This document shows, in pieces, positions 51,086-59,919 of a stretch of 61,640 nt of DNA. The translations under genes were made by a program, and so were the position numbers. The DNA is from Bacillota bacterium (GTDB taxonomy: Bacteria; Bacillota; Clostridia; Oscillospirales; SIG627), in contig JAQXGK010000075.1 of NCBI GenBank assembly GCA_029006345.1, positions 1-61,640 of the forward strand, in the 5' to 3' direction. The notes under the pieces were generated by a model. It ran no database searches. It was given only the letters and a program-made list of their open reading frames with translations, and was not told where the DNA came from. Position 1 is the stretch's first letter, and each line of letters starts with the position of its first letter.

Positions 51086-52864
51086 TTAAACCCTTTTCGA
51101 AGTAACCTCTCCCGTGAGACAGAGGCTCAGTATGCTCATACTGCTGTCCATGCCGTCGTTTTTCAGCACCAGTTTTATCTGACCGAACCGCCGCGCGTTC
51201 AGCCTTACCGTAGACATATACGCACCGCATACACTGTAAAAACTCAGTCTGTCAAATCCGATGTTAGTAAAATCGAGCGTCGAAGCAATCCCTCTCGCCT
51301 GTGCTGAACGCTTGCCGTACTGCTCCGACGAGGCGCGGTCGCTGACCCAACCGATTTCCGCCTGCGCGTCAGCGTCCGGCAAAAGCCCTATGGTCAGCGA
51401 ATATGCGTTTTTCAAATGTGCGGTGTCGCCCAATGCCGTCATATCGGATTCCCACACAGCGTTTATAGCCCTGCCGTCGTCGTTCATACCGCCGACGCGG
51501 CATATTCTGCCGTCGTCCGTTCCGAAGTACAGCTCACCTTTTTCGTCCTCGCACCAGCAGACAGCCGGAATGTCCTCATAGTAGTAGAATAAATCCAGTC
51601 GATAGTTATACACATAGCACCTTGAGCCCACCGTTACAAAAAGCTCCCCTCTTGAAGCCCTGTCAAAGACAATTGCTTGCTTTAGCTCCTCTGCCGCCAG
51701 ATATTTGTAAATCCTGTCGCTGAAGCACACGGCATTCCGCTCGTCTCGTATATTCGTTGAGGTCCATCTTATAAGTCCCTCCTCGGAAAGCGTGCACGGC
51801 GCATTATCTATCAAAACAGCCTGACCGGGCGCTATATTGCCCTTGCCCGATGACAGCGAATAGACGGGAAAGCTTGCAAAGGTTCTGCCAAGCCCGTCCT
51901 GCTTATATTCAATATATGAATAATACGCGCTGTGAGGCGTAAAGATCAGCTGTCTGTCGTAGTGACGGATAATATCGCATATTTTCTCGCCCGAGCCTAT
52001 GCCGGTCATACCGCTTTCGGTAAAATAGCAGGCGCTCGGCTGACCTTCGGCAAGCGCGGAGCAAAATCTGACCGACGGATATTCCTCATTGCCCCACAGA
52101 AATACCCTCGTATCGTTGTCGCCGCCGAAGCACATGGCATACCTGCATCCGAGAACCTTTGAAGGGTCGGCCTTCTCTCTTAACCTGTATGTAAACTCGA
52201 CGGTATCTGTTCCTGCTCCCGGCGCCTCCTTCAAAGAGAATTTGCCGCCGTTGATGAAGGAATACTGTCCGTCCGAAAGCACAGTCTCGTTGACCTTAGC
52301 GCCCAACAACTCAATGCAGTTTTTGAACATCGGAGTAAACTCAACAGTGTCACTCTCGGTATTAAAGCTCTGCCTGACAATATTTGTCAGAATGTTCATA
52401 TCCTCATACAGCGTCCCCGAACCGGTTTGGGGATCGCTCGATACGGCAATAAGCGGATAGTATGGCTCTATCGGCGCCACGGTGTCGCCGTCATATACAT
52501 ATATTGCTTCCCCCGTCAGAATATACAGCCGGCGACCGAACGGCAAAAAGCTTACCTTCGTGCCGTGTGAAATATCTCCCACACGAACCGTATCATCTCC
52601 ACTGAGTTTGAAAAGCCCGCTGTCGGACACAAAAACCGTTTCCGCCTCACCGGCAATATCTCCGGACCACATACCCGCCACCGGAGTGTCTGTGCGCATG
52701 ACAGCGGTATATCCGGCGCGCTTCTTCAGCTTGTATCCGTCAGTGATTTTCAGATTTACCATTCTCGGACTCTCGCCCGGTTTAAGCTCATCGGGTGCGC
52801 CGCTGGAATTGTGCAGACCGGTAAATTTCCCGATATATGCGCGAAAACGCGAGTTTTTATCCAT
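51086..52864 (-). CDS. large phage-like structural protein (putative tail or adsorption-apparatus protein)
   Basis: About 592 aa from the ATG at 52864, which sits 7 nt after GGGAGG. The track start at 52879 overlaps the upstream stop as TGATG. Its beta-rich repetitive character and its position between the head genes and the fibre gene suggest a tail role. Confidence 0.45.
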   Translation of the reverse strand: MDKNSRFRAYIGKFTGLHNSSGAPDELKPGESPRMVNLKITDGYKLKKRAGYTAVMRTDTPVAGMWSGDIAGEAETVFVSDSGLFKLSGDDTVRVGDISHGTKVSFLPFGRRLYILTGEAIYVYDGDTVAPIEPYYPLIAVSSDPQTGSGTLYEDMNILTNIVRQSFNTESDTVEFTPMFKNCIELLGAKVNETVLSDGQYSFINGGKFSLKEAPGAGTDTVEFTYRLREKADPSKVLGCRYAMCFGGDNDTRVFLWGNEEYPSVRFCSALAEGQPSACYFTESGMTGIGSGEKICDIIRHYDRQLIFTPHSAYYSYIEYKQDGLGRTFASFPVYSLSSGKGNIAPGQAVLIDNAPCTLSEEGLIRWTSTNIRDERNAVCFSDRIYKYLAAEELKQAIVFDRASRGELFVTVGSRCYVYNYRLDLFYYYEDIPAVCWCEDEKGELYFGTDDGRICRVGGMNDDGRAINAVWESDMTALGDTAHLKNAYSLTIGLLPDADAQAEIGWVSDRASSEQYGKRSAQARGIASTLDFTNIGFDRLSFYSVCGAYMSTVRLNARRFGQIKLVLKNDGMDSSMSILSLCLTGEVTSKRV

Positions 52865-52878
52865 CCCGATGCCTCCCA

Positions 52879-53280
52879 TCAGTAAACCTCCGTCACCTTG
52901 TGCCGCACGACGGGTCTGAATCTGTACCTCAGCGAATTCATTTCTCTTATAAACATATCGTAAAATACCTGGGCTCTCTCCGGGCTCTCCTCAAGCAATA
53001 AAAGATAGCATAATGCATACGGAATAACACCCATGCAGATGTACGGGTGCTGTCCCAGCTCGTCGTCAAGCGACTTTATCTGATGCGGCAAATGCTCGTT
53101 TATACCGAAAGCTAAGCCTTTGACCGTACAGTCCAGCTCGTCGGTCATAACCGCAGCAAGATTGATAAGCGCAGGTGCGTTTCGCTCAAATGCCGCCGTG
53201 TCGTACTGCCACTCGTCACCGACAGCCGCCTTCTCCCCTATCAGCACGAGCGCTCTGTCGTATATTTCTCTTCCCGTCAT
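52879..53280 (-). CDS. small phage-like protein (possible head-tail adaptor)
   Basis: 133 aa, directly downstream of the capsid gene. Function is inferred from position only. Confidence 0.35.
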   Translation of the reverse strand: MTGREIYDRALVLIGEKAAVGDEWQYDTAAFERNAPALINLAAVMTDELDCTVKGLAFGINEHLPHQIKSLDDELGQHPYICMGVIPYALCYLLLLEESPERAQVFYDMFIREMNSLRYRFRPVVRHKVTEVY

Positions 53281-53337
53281 ATCGTTTCCTTTCTTAAAAA
53301 ACGGGGGAATGCTTACATTCCCCCGTAAAACATATTC

Positions 53338-54174
53338 TTATATTGCCGTCTCGGCAACGGGAGTGATGTTGAGTACTACCATCTCCTTGGGGTAAAGAAT
53401 TTTCGCACCGTAGAGATGAAGTCCCTTGACCGCGTCACCGTGACGAAGCTCGGGCTCGTAAGCCTTTACCGAGTTGACCTGTTCGGCAAACGCGATAGCG
53501 CGCGAGGTTCTTGCTATACATCTGTACGAACCGTTCTCGGCTGCCGTAATATTGTTTGTTACATATATATCAAAGCCCATGAAACTGCCGATATAGCCTC
53601 TTCCGAGCTCTTCGGCGTTGTCGGTGGAACGAAGTACCTTAGCCAGCACCAGCTTCTGCTCGACCGCAGGCGAAACCTCAAGGGAGATTTTTGCGGAATT
53701 AGGTACGTTGTTCTCCATCAGCTTTCTGCGAGCGTCGGAAATGGTATTGATTATGCTGACGCTGTCGGCGGCTTCATTTGTCAGCTCCTCGACATCGGGG
53801 TCGGTCAAGCTGTAAATATAGCGGTCCGCAACATCAGCAAGCGCGTCCGAAGCCTCCTTCATTGCCGCCGTCATAATGTTCTTCTTGGACTGTGCCGCAT
53901 CTACATCGTCAAGGCAGAAGTTAAATCCCTTAGCCTGATCGATGATGAGCGTTCTCTCAACATCGCTCAGCACCTCAGCCGCCGGCATATCGGTGTTCTT
54001 TGTGTAGTCAAATATGGTCACCGGGCCGATGCCGCATATCTTGACTCTGTCGCCCTCGCCCTTGATAACGCCCTCAAATTCACGGTTGGAGAGCTTGACG
54101 GCAACATAGTTCTTTTCCAGCTCCTTGTAAAGAGTTTCACTCCAGAGAGTGGGGATAAAATTAGTAATAGCCAT
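53338..54174 (-). CDS. major capsid protein, small P22-coat-like / HK97-fold type
   Basis: 278 aa. N-terminal NFIPTLWSETLYKEL... followed by GDRVKI resembles the FIPEIWS start of P22-coat-family capsid proteins. It lies after a scaffold-like gene. Confidence 0.7.
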   Translation of the reverse strand: MAITNFIPTLWSETLYKELEKNYVAVKLSNREFEGVIKGEGDRVKICGIGPVTIFDYTKNTDMPAAEVLSDVERTLIIDQAKGFNFCLDDVDAAQSKKNIMTAAMKEASDALADVADRYIYSLTDPDVEELTNEAADSVSIINTISDARRKLMENNVPNSAKISLEVSPAVEQKLVLAKVLRSTDNAEELGRGYIGSFMGFDIYVTNNITAAENGSYRCIARTSRAIAFAEQVNSVKAYEPELRHGDAVKGLHLYGAKILYPKEMVVLNITPVAETAI

Positions 54175-54242
54175 TTTGTTTTTCCTTTCTTGTCCTTTTT
54201 GTCGTTTTCTTTATCTGAATAAAGCCGTATTTTCACGCCTTA

Positions 54243-54749
54243 TCATCGGTTCCAGCTTGCCATGGATGCGATTATCGCGTCATAGTTTTTTCTCACCTCG
54301 GCCGCGCTCATGTTCCTTACGGCTTCGGGAGAAAAGTATGCCTTGGCGGAATTGCCGCCCTTGAGCTTAGGCGGTGCCTTTTTGGCAGTCTCACCGCTTG
54401 CCTTCTTGCTCTTTCCGTCGTCCCTGACACATTTGATAAAGTAGAGCGCATAGCTTGCGGCAAGAGATTCGCCGTTTCCGACTCTTTCCCAAACCTCATC
54501 GGGAATCTCCGACTCGGAAACGCGCGGGAACAGCTCTCGGAATTGCTTAATATCCTCCTTTATTTTTTCGTCCTCCGCGCCGTCGTCCAGAGCTTCGGCG
54601 CTTTCCGCCTCCTCGTAAGCATTCCCGGAGATTTTCTCCTCCTGTTCGCTTTCCTCGTCTGATTGCACTTCTTGCTCGGGACTCTCCCGCTCATCCGCGA
54701 CAAGCAGATATTTTTCGCGTTCGTCCAAAACCTTGTTTCCTTTCTTCAT
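54243..54749 (-). CDS. scaffolding-like protein (acidic, helical)
   Basis: 168 aa with a very acidic N-terminal half (EESEQEEK.., EEAESAEALDDGAEDEK) and a basic helical C-terminus. It lies between the portal and capsid genes. Confidence 0.5.
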   Translation of the reverse strand: MKKGNKVLDEREKYLLVADERESPEQEVQSDEESEQEEKISGNAYEEAESAEALDDGAEDEKIKEDIKQFRELFPRVSESEIPDEVWERVGNGESLAASYALYFIKCVRDDGKSKKASGETAKKAPPKLKGGNSAKAYFSPEAVRNMSAAEVRKNYDAIIASMASWNR

Positions 54750-54779
54750 AACTGCTTTCCTTTCTTTTTAGCGTTCTGT

Positions 54780-56327
54780 TCAGCCGTTTTCGGCCGCTTT
54801 CTTGATTTCGGAAATCAACTCCGCTTTTTTGGGTATATATCCGTCAGGGAGCCGTTCCAAATACTGAGTCAGCGTAATGGCTCCTTTGGCCAGCAGATTA
54901 TCAAGCGTCGATACACAAGCGATCTCGCTCCAGTATGCGCTTTCACCCACCTCTACATTGCACTGAAACAGCGTGTTGCAAATACCCGTAAGCCCGAGAA
55001 GCTCCGCCCTCGGCTGGTCATTCTCTCTGAAAAACAACAGCCTCGAGCTGTCGTAATAGCATAGCATGAAATCAAGCCATATAAGCCCGAGCTTTTCAAA
55101 GAATCGCCTGATACCGCGCTTTTGGTTTTCAAGCGGCAGGTTGGATGCCTGCTGTAATGCAACTATCGCTGAGGTGTTGTCGGGGCGCACATTTCCCAGC
55201 GCCGCGTCAGTTGCACCCATAAGCTCCTTTGTAAAGGCTATGGTAAGATTGATAACATCTAGATATCCGCTCTGCAGGCTTCCCGGCCCTATTACCTTTG
55301 CGGCATTTTCTACAGGTCCGGCCACGGCGATTGCCTCCCCCACAGCATTGGTCCAGTCGTCGATAATGTTGGAATTGTACATCACCTTTGAGAATGACAT
55401 GTCTATCATATGCTTCATGACCATTCCGAAAGCTCTGTTTATGTAGTTCTGATTTGGGGTCAGTCCGGTTGCCACAGCCTGTCCGTGATAGCTGTTCTTC
55501 ACTCTGTCCCAATTCATAAACGCCACGGGATAGTACCGAAGCCCGGTATCGGTTTCGGGACAAATCACAGCGCCCCTAACGCTCTTTCTGAAGTGAACGG
55601 TACCGTTTTTGCGGAACAGCTTGATTACATATTCGCTCTTTGTACTGTCAAGCTCCTTACTGCCGTAATCGCCCGAGCAGTAATTGTTGTCGTCGTCCGG
55701 TATTATTTTTTCAAGCTCGTCCTTTGTCGCGCCGTTCTCGGCGGCTTCCGTCCTCAGTCTTTCGGTAAGCTCCCTTCCCGACAGAAGGATATACGGCTGA
55801 TCCTCGACCTCCGGCGTATTTACGTCGCCGAAGAATATGTCGGTGGAATCAATTAGCATAGTAGCAAAATCGCCCTTGTATCCCTGCGCCGTCGTTTTGT
55901 TCTCGTCCCAGTAGACATACATCGCCATATCGCCGGATATAGCCGCCCCCAGCAAGCCGTCGCTCAAAAGTCCGCGAATATTATCTCTGTCCATACGGTA
56001 GTTCAGGTAGCTGGATACCGTGCGGCAGGCGTCGTCGATTCGCTTTCTCTCCTCGCTGTCAAATAGGTATTTCACACCCTCGGCGCTTATATTGAGACTG
56101 AGCCTCTGCGACTGAATAGACGAAAGATAGAAGTTGATTATTCTTTTGAATAAATTGAATACCGGCTTCGGCAAATCGTTTGCCGTCCCGGAATCCCATT
56201 GGTCGCCGCGGTAATAACGCTCATTTTTATTGACCGTCTCATAGTGTCCTATCAGCCTGTTGTACTCGCGTCCCCTTTCAAGCAGCTCAAAATCCTCGCT
56301 TGCGCAATCACTGTATTTTTTATGCAC
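54780..56327 (-). CDS. phage portal protein
   Basis: 515 aa. N-terminal NERYYRGDQWD motif. C-terminal ...IVALQQASNLPLENQK.. tunnel-like segment. GTG start 10 nt after AGGAGG. Confidence 0.75.
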   Translation of the reverse strand: MHKKYSDCASEDFELLERGREYNRLIGHYETVNKNERYYRGDQWDSGTANDLPKPVFNLFKRIINFYLSSIQSQRLSLNISAEGVKYLFDSEERKRIDDACRTVSSYLNYRMDRDNIRGLLSDGLLGAAISGDMAMYVYWDENKTTAQGYKGDFATMLIDSTDIFFGDVNTPEVEDQPYILLSGRELTERLRTEAAENGATKDELEKIIPDDDNNYCSGDYGSKELDSTKSEYVIKLFRKNGTVHFRKSVRGAVICPETDTGLRYYPVAFMNWDRVKNSYHGQAVATGLTPNQNYINRAFGMVMKHMIDMSFSKVMYNSNIIDDWTNAVGEAIAVAGPVENAAKVIGPGSLQSGYLDVINLTIAFTKELMGATDAALGNVRPDNTSAIVALQQASNLPLENQKRGIRRFFEKLGLIWLDFMLCYYDSSRLLFFRENDQPRAELLGLTGICNTLFQCNVEVGESAYWSEIACVSTLDNLLAKGAITLTQYLERLPDGYIPKKAELISEIKKAAENG

Positions 56328-56358
56328 TCGCTTTTGACCTCCTTTTTTGTTTGAGCAA

Positions 56359-56388
56359 ATTATATTTCACAAGTGAGGTGACATACAA
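56359..56388 (-). promoter_or_regulatory. candidate sigma-A promoter directly upstream of the portal gene (TTGTAT-18-TATAAT)
   Basis: On the minus strand, -35 is at 56388-56383 and -10 at 56364-56359. It is followed by an AAAAAGGAGG SD and the GTG start. Confidence 0.4.
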
Positions 56389-56416
56389 TGACATTTGCCG
56401 AGTTTCCGATTGGTCG

Positions 56417-56445
56417 TTGCAATAATCGCGCAGTTGTGCTATAAT
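56417..56445 (+). promoter_or_regulatory. sigma-A promoter with extended -10 (TTGCAA-17-TGcTATAAT) for the dehydrogenase gene
   Basis: -35 at 56417-56422 and -10 at 56440-56445, preceded by TGC. Confidence 0.6.
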
Positions 56446-56485
56446 CCGAATATATAATCGCAGATATTAATAAGGAGAAAAACCA

Positions 56486-57757
56486 ATGAAGACAACGGCA
56501 CTTCGTTTGTACGGAAAAAACGACCTTCGTCTTGAGAGCTTTGAGCTTCCCGAGATAAAGGATGATGAAATACTCGCGCACATTATATCCGACAGTATCT
56601 GTATGTCGAGTTATAAAGCTGCTTTGCAGGGTGCGGAGCATAAAAGAGTACCGAATGATATTTCCGAAAACCCCATTATCATCGGTCATGAATTTTGCGG
56701 CGAGATAGTTAAGGTCGGCGCCAAGTGGCAGGACCAGTTCAAGCCCGGCGACCGCTTCTCGATTCAGCCCGCGCTTAATTATAAGGGCAGCCTTGCGGCC
56801 CCCGGATATTCGTACAAATACATCGGCGGAGCGGCAACCTATATTGTCATCCCGCACGAGGTAATGGACACCGGCTCACTGCTCCCCTATAAGGGTGACG
56901 CATTCTTCTACGGCTCGGTCAGCGAGCCCATGAGCTGCATCGTCGGCGGATATCATGCAAATTATCATACGCAAAACGGAAGCTACGTTCATCAGATGGG
57001 CATTAAGGAGGGCGGCAACCTTGCGCTTCTTGCCAGCGCAGGTCCCATGGGACTCGGCGCCATCGACTACGCTCTTCACGGCGGCATCAAGCCCGCGAGA
57101 GTCGTCGTCACCGATATCGACGATGCACGCCTTTCGAGAGCGGCTGAGATTCTCTCTCCCGAAGATGCAAAAAAAGACGGCGTTGAACTAATATATCTCA
57201 ATACCGGCAAGTGCGAGGATGCCGTTCAGGCCATGCTCGACCTGACAGACGGCAAGGGCTATGACGACGTATTCGTTTTTGCTCCGGTAAAGCCGGTAGT
57301 AGAAATGGGCGACAGGATTCTGGCGCAAAACGGATGTCTGAACTTCTTTGCAGGCCCCACCGACCATAGCTTCAGTGCAAATTTCAATTTCTACAACGTC
57401 CATTACAACGGCACCCATATCGTCGGCACCAGCGGCGGTAATACCGAGGATATGAAAGAGTCCATACACCTCATGCAGGAAAAGCGCATAAACCCTGCGG
57501 CCATGATAACTCATGTCGGCGGACTCGACTCTGCAAGAGATGCAACCCTCAATCTTCCCAATATCAAGGGCGGCAAAAAGCTGATATATACAAATATCAG
57601 CATGCCTCTTACTCCCATTGAGGATATGGAAAAGCTCGGTGAAACCGATCCTCTGTTCGCAGAGCTTGCAAAGATAGTAAAACGCTCCAACGGACTTTGG
57701 TGCGCCGAAGCAGAGAAGTATCTGCTTGCTAACGCAAAGTCCATAAATGTGGAGTAA
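56486..57757 (+). CDS. zinc-type medium-chain alcohol/polyol(-phosphate) dehydrogenase family protein
   Basis: 423 aa with the MDR signature GHEFCGEIVKVG and the Rossmann segment LLASAGPMGLGAID. Confidence 0.75.
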   Translation: MKTTALRLYGKNDLRLESFELPEIKDDEILAHIISDSICMSSYKAALQGAEHKRVPNDISENPIIIGHEFCGEIVKVGAKWQDQFKPGDRFSIQPALNYKGSLAAPGYSYKYIGGAATYIVIPHEVMDTGSLLPYKGDAFFYGSVSEPMSCIVGGYHANYHTQNGSYVHQMGIKEGGNLALLASAGPMGLGAIDYALHGGIKPARVVVTDIDDARLSRAAEILSPEDAKKDGVELIYLNTGKCEDAVQAMLDLTDGKGYDDVFVFAPVKPVVEMGDRILAQNGCLNFFAGPTDHSFSANFNFYNVHYNGTHIVGTSGGNTEDMKESIHLMQEKRINPAAMITHVGGLDSARDATLNLPNIKGGKKLIYTNISMPLTPIEDMEKLGETDPLFAELAKIVKRSNGLWCAEAEKYLLANAKSINVE

Positions 57758-57781
57758 TATCACGGTAATACGGCAATAAAT

Positions 57782-57823
57782 AAAAATCACCTGCTGAATG
57801 ATTGTTTCAGCAGGTGATTTTTA
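57782..57823. terminator. bidirectional Rho-independent terminator shared by the dehydrogenase gene (+) and feoB (-)
   Basis: AAAAATCACCTGCTGAA-loop-TTCAGCAGGTGATTTTT, a 13-bp stem with an A-run on one side and a T-run on the other. Confidence 0.85.
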
Positions 57824-57841
57824 TTATGTCAGCTAAGATTT

Positions 57842-59746
57842 TCATAAATTGCAGAGCGTATATGCCACACAAGAAACCGCATACGCAACTGCCGTCTGCA
57901 TTACCGCCATGATTGCCGCGCGAGAGCGCCCGACTTCGCGCGCCGCGGCGCACATAGCCGCCGCACACGGGGTATAAAGCAGGGCAAAAATAAGCAGTGA
58001 GTATGCCGCCGCCGGGCTCAGATTCAAAGCCGCTGCGCCCGCTCCCGCTGTCAGTACCGACAGGGTACCCACGACATTTTCCTTTGCACCCAATCCCGTA
58101 AGCAGTGCCGCCGCTATCCTCCAATCGTCAAAACCGAGCGGACGGAATATCGCTGCCGCAGGTCTGCCGATACTCGCCAAAATGCTTTTGTCCGGCGCGC
58201 ACAGCTTGAGCGAAAAGTCCATGCTCACCAAAATCCATATTATTATCGAGCATATCAGAATAACGGAGAAAGCCCGTTTGATAAAATCAAGAGTCCTCGA
58301 TATCATGTTTCTCGTAATACAGAGCGCCGACGGAAATCTGTAGGGCGGCAATTCCAGTAAAAAGGGCTGTTCCCTTCCGAAACAGCTTGTCTTGGAAATC
58401 AGTTTTGTCACCGCCAATCCCACCGCAATGCCCAGGAAATATAAAGAACCGGTCACAAGCCCTGCATGTTTCGGGAAGAAAGCATTGGCTATTGCACCGT
58501 ATATTACAGTCTTTGCGGAACAGGATGCATACGGAATAAGCATGACCGTCAGCGCCCTGTCGCGGCGGCTTTTAAGTGTGCGTGTTGCCATGATAGCAGG
58601 CACGGAACAACCGAATCCCATAATAATCTGTACTACCGCACGACCCGAAAGTCCCAATCTGCGCATAGGTCTGTCAAGCACAAATGCCGCCCTCGCCATA
58701 TATCCGCTGTCCTCAAGTAAGGACATGAAGAAAAAAAGCGTCAATACCGTCGGCAGGAATCCGATTACCGAAAAAACAGCGCTAATAACGCCCTCCGTTA
58801 CAAGCCGCACCGTATATCCGTGCGCTCCGTAGGAATAAAGCAGCTCTCCGACCGCCGCCGTCAATCGTCCCCCGCAGTCGGAAATCAGTTTTCCTGCTAA
58901 ACTGCCCACCACCGAAAATGTCAGGTAAAAAATACCGAGAATGATTGCAAAGAAAACAGGTATGCCGAGCAGTCTGTGGGTCAGTAGCCTGTCCGCGCCT
59001 CCGGAGCGTTTTTTCGTACGTCTCAAAATGCAGCTTTGGCATATCTTCTCAATTCGCTCATATCTCGCCCGTGCAAGCGCCGCCGCCCGCTCCAATCCTG
59101 TCTCCCGCTCACAGTCGAGAATTATTTGTTCCGTTGCTTTGTCGCTCAAACCTATGTAATCGGAAAAGATTTTTTCGGCGTCGTATGTGCCGCAGCCCCT
59201 GAGGGCTTCGATACGCGCCGTTGCCCTGCCTACCGCACCTTCAAGCCGGCTTGTCGGACGGGGCTGACCTCTCACTGCTCTTCTCGCCGCCGTGACAAGC
59301 TCATTAATCCCGCGTCCTTTTGCCGCGCTGACTTCCACTGTCTCTGCTCCGAGCGCCTGCCGGAGTCCGTCACAGTCAAACACCGTCCCCTGCTTTTGTG
59401 CCTCATCCATCATATTTAGGGCCAATATCATCGGCTTGCCGAGCGCCGCCAGTTGTAGTGTCAGATACAGATTTCTTTCGATATTCGTCGCGTCTGCTAC
59501 GTTAATAATGCAGTCCCATTCGCCGTTTTCTATATAATTTGCAGCTATCCTTTCCTCCGCCGTATATGGGGACATTGAGTATAAACCCGGCAAATCAATA
59601 ACGCACTCGCCGCCGCCTCTTACATATCCGGCTCTCATGTCCACCGTAACGCCGGGAAAGTTTCCCACATGAGCATTGCCGCCGGTCAGCTTGTTGAATA
59701 GCGTGGTCTTGCCGCAGTTTTGATTGCCGACTAATATAAAAGTCAT
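57842..59746 (-). CDS. feoB: ferrous iron transporter FeoB
   Basis: 634 aa. N-terminal G domain GNQNCGKTTLFN, then a polytopic permease domain. Confidence 0.9.
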   Translation of the reverse strand: MTFILVGNQNCGKTTLFNKLTGGNAHVGNFPGVTVDMRAGYVRGGGECVIDLPGLYSMSPYTAEERIAANYIENGEWDCIINVADATNIERNLYLTLQLAALGKPMILALNMMDEAQKQGTVFDCDGLRQALGAETVEVSAAKGRGINELVTAARRAVRGQPRPTSRLEGAVGRATARIEALRGCGTYDAEKIFSDYIGLSDKATEQIILDCERETGLERAAALARARYERIEKICQSCILRRTKKRSGGADRLLTHRLLGIPVFFAIILGIFYLTFSVVGSLAGKLISDCGGRLTAAVGELLYSYGAHGYTVRLVTEGVISAVFSVIGFLPTVLTLFFFMSLLEDSGYMARAAFVLDRPMRRLGLSGRAVVQIIMGFGCSVPAIMATRTLKSRRDRALTVMLIPYASCSAKTVIYGAIANAFFPKHAGLVTGSLYFLGIAVGLAVTKLISKTSCFGREQPFLLELPPYRFPSALCITRNMISRTLDFIKRAFSVILICSIIIWILVSMDFSLKLCAPDKSILASIGRPAAAIFRPLGFDDWRIAAALLTGLGAKENVVGTLSVLTAGAGAAALNLSPAAAYSLLIFALLYTPCAAAMCAAAREVGRSRAAIMAVMQTAVAYAVSCVAYTLCNL

Positions 59747-59919
59747 GTTTACTGCCCTCCCTTTCCGCCAAACCGCCTGCTCTGCGGCGTTTTAGACTCA
59801 GCGAAATATCAGAATGCCGTCTGACTGTTTTTGCATGTCTTCACATTTTTCCCTTTTATCTCTTTTGCCCGTTTCCTGTATGTCTCTTATATCCTTTGTA
59901 TCTGCCGTCTCAGCCATTA

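Larger units (their letters stand above)
49296..56388 (-). mobile_element. phage-derived head and short-tail morphogenesis operon (7 genes plus promoter). It lacks terminase, integrase, replication and lysis genes, so it is either a prophage remnant or a domesticated module.
   Basis: Portal, scaffold-like, P22-coat/HK97-like capsid and fibre-like ORFs are co-oriented and tightly spaced. Housekeeping genes flank it on both sides. Confidence 0.6.

Noticed and set aside
53416-54222. A 268-aa plus-strand ORF inside the phage-like region, which could have been an extra phage gene.
   Set aside because: It is exactly antisense to the capsid gene, has no SD and its sequence looks non-protein-like.
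49141-56352. Possible att-like direct repeats flanking the phage-like module (TTTTGTTT at about 49142 and about 56345).
   Set aside because: Only about 8 nt of T-rich sequence is shared. One copy is the U tract of the fhs terminator. This is too short and too low in complexity to call an attachment site.
56360-56857. A 165-aa minus-strand ORF immediately upstream of the portal gene, considered as a possible (small) terminase.
   Set aside because: It overlaps the promoter and the first 370 nt of the well-supported dehydrogenase gene on the opposite strand. It has no Walker motif or any terminase-like feature. Its 3' end would run through the portal promoter.
57807-58124. A 105-aa Gly/Cys-rich minus-strand ORF at the 3' end of feoB, considered as a FeoB-associated Cys-rich protein.
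   Set aside because: It lies almost entirely inside feoB in another frame and has no independent SD, so it is a shadow ORF.
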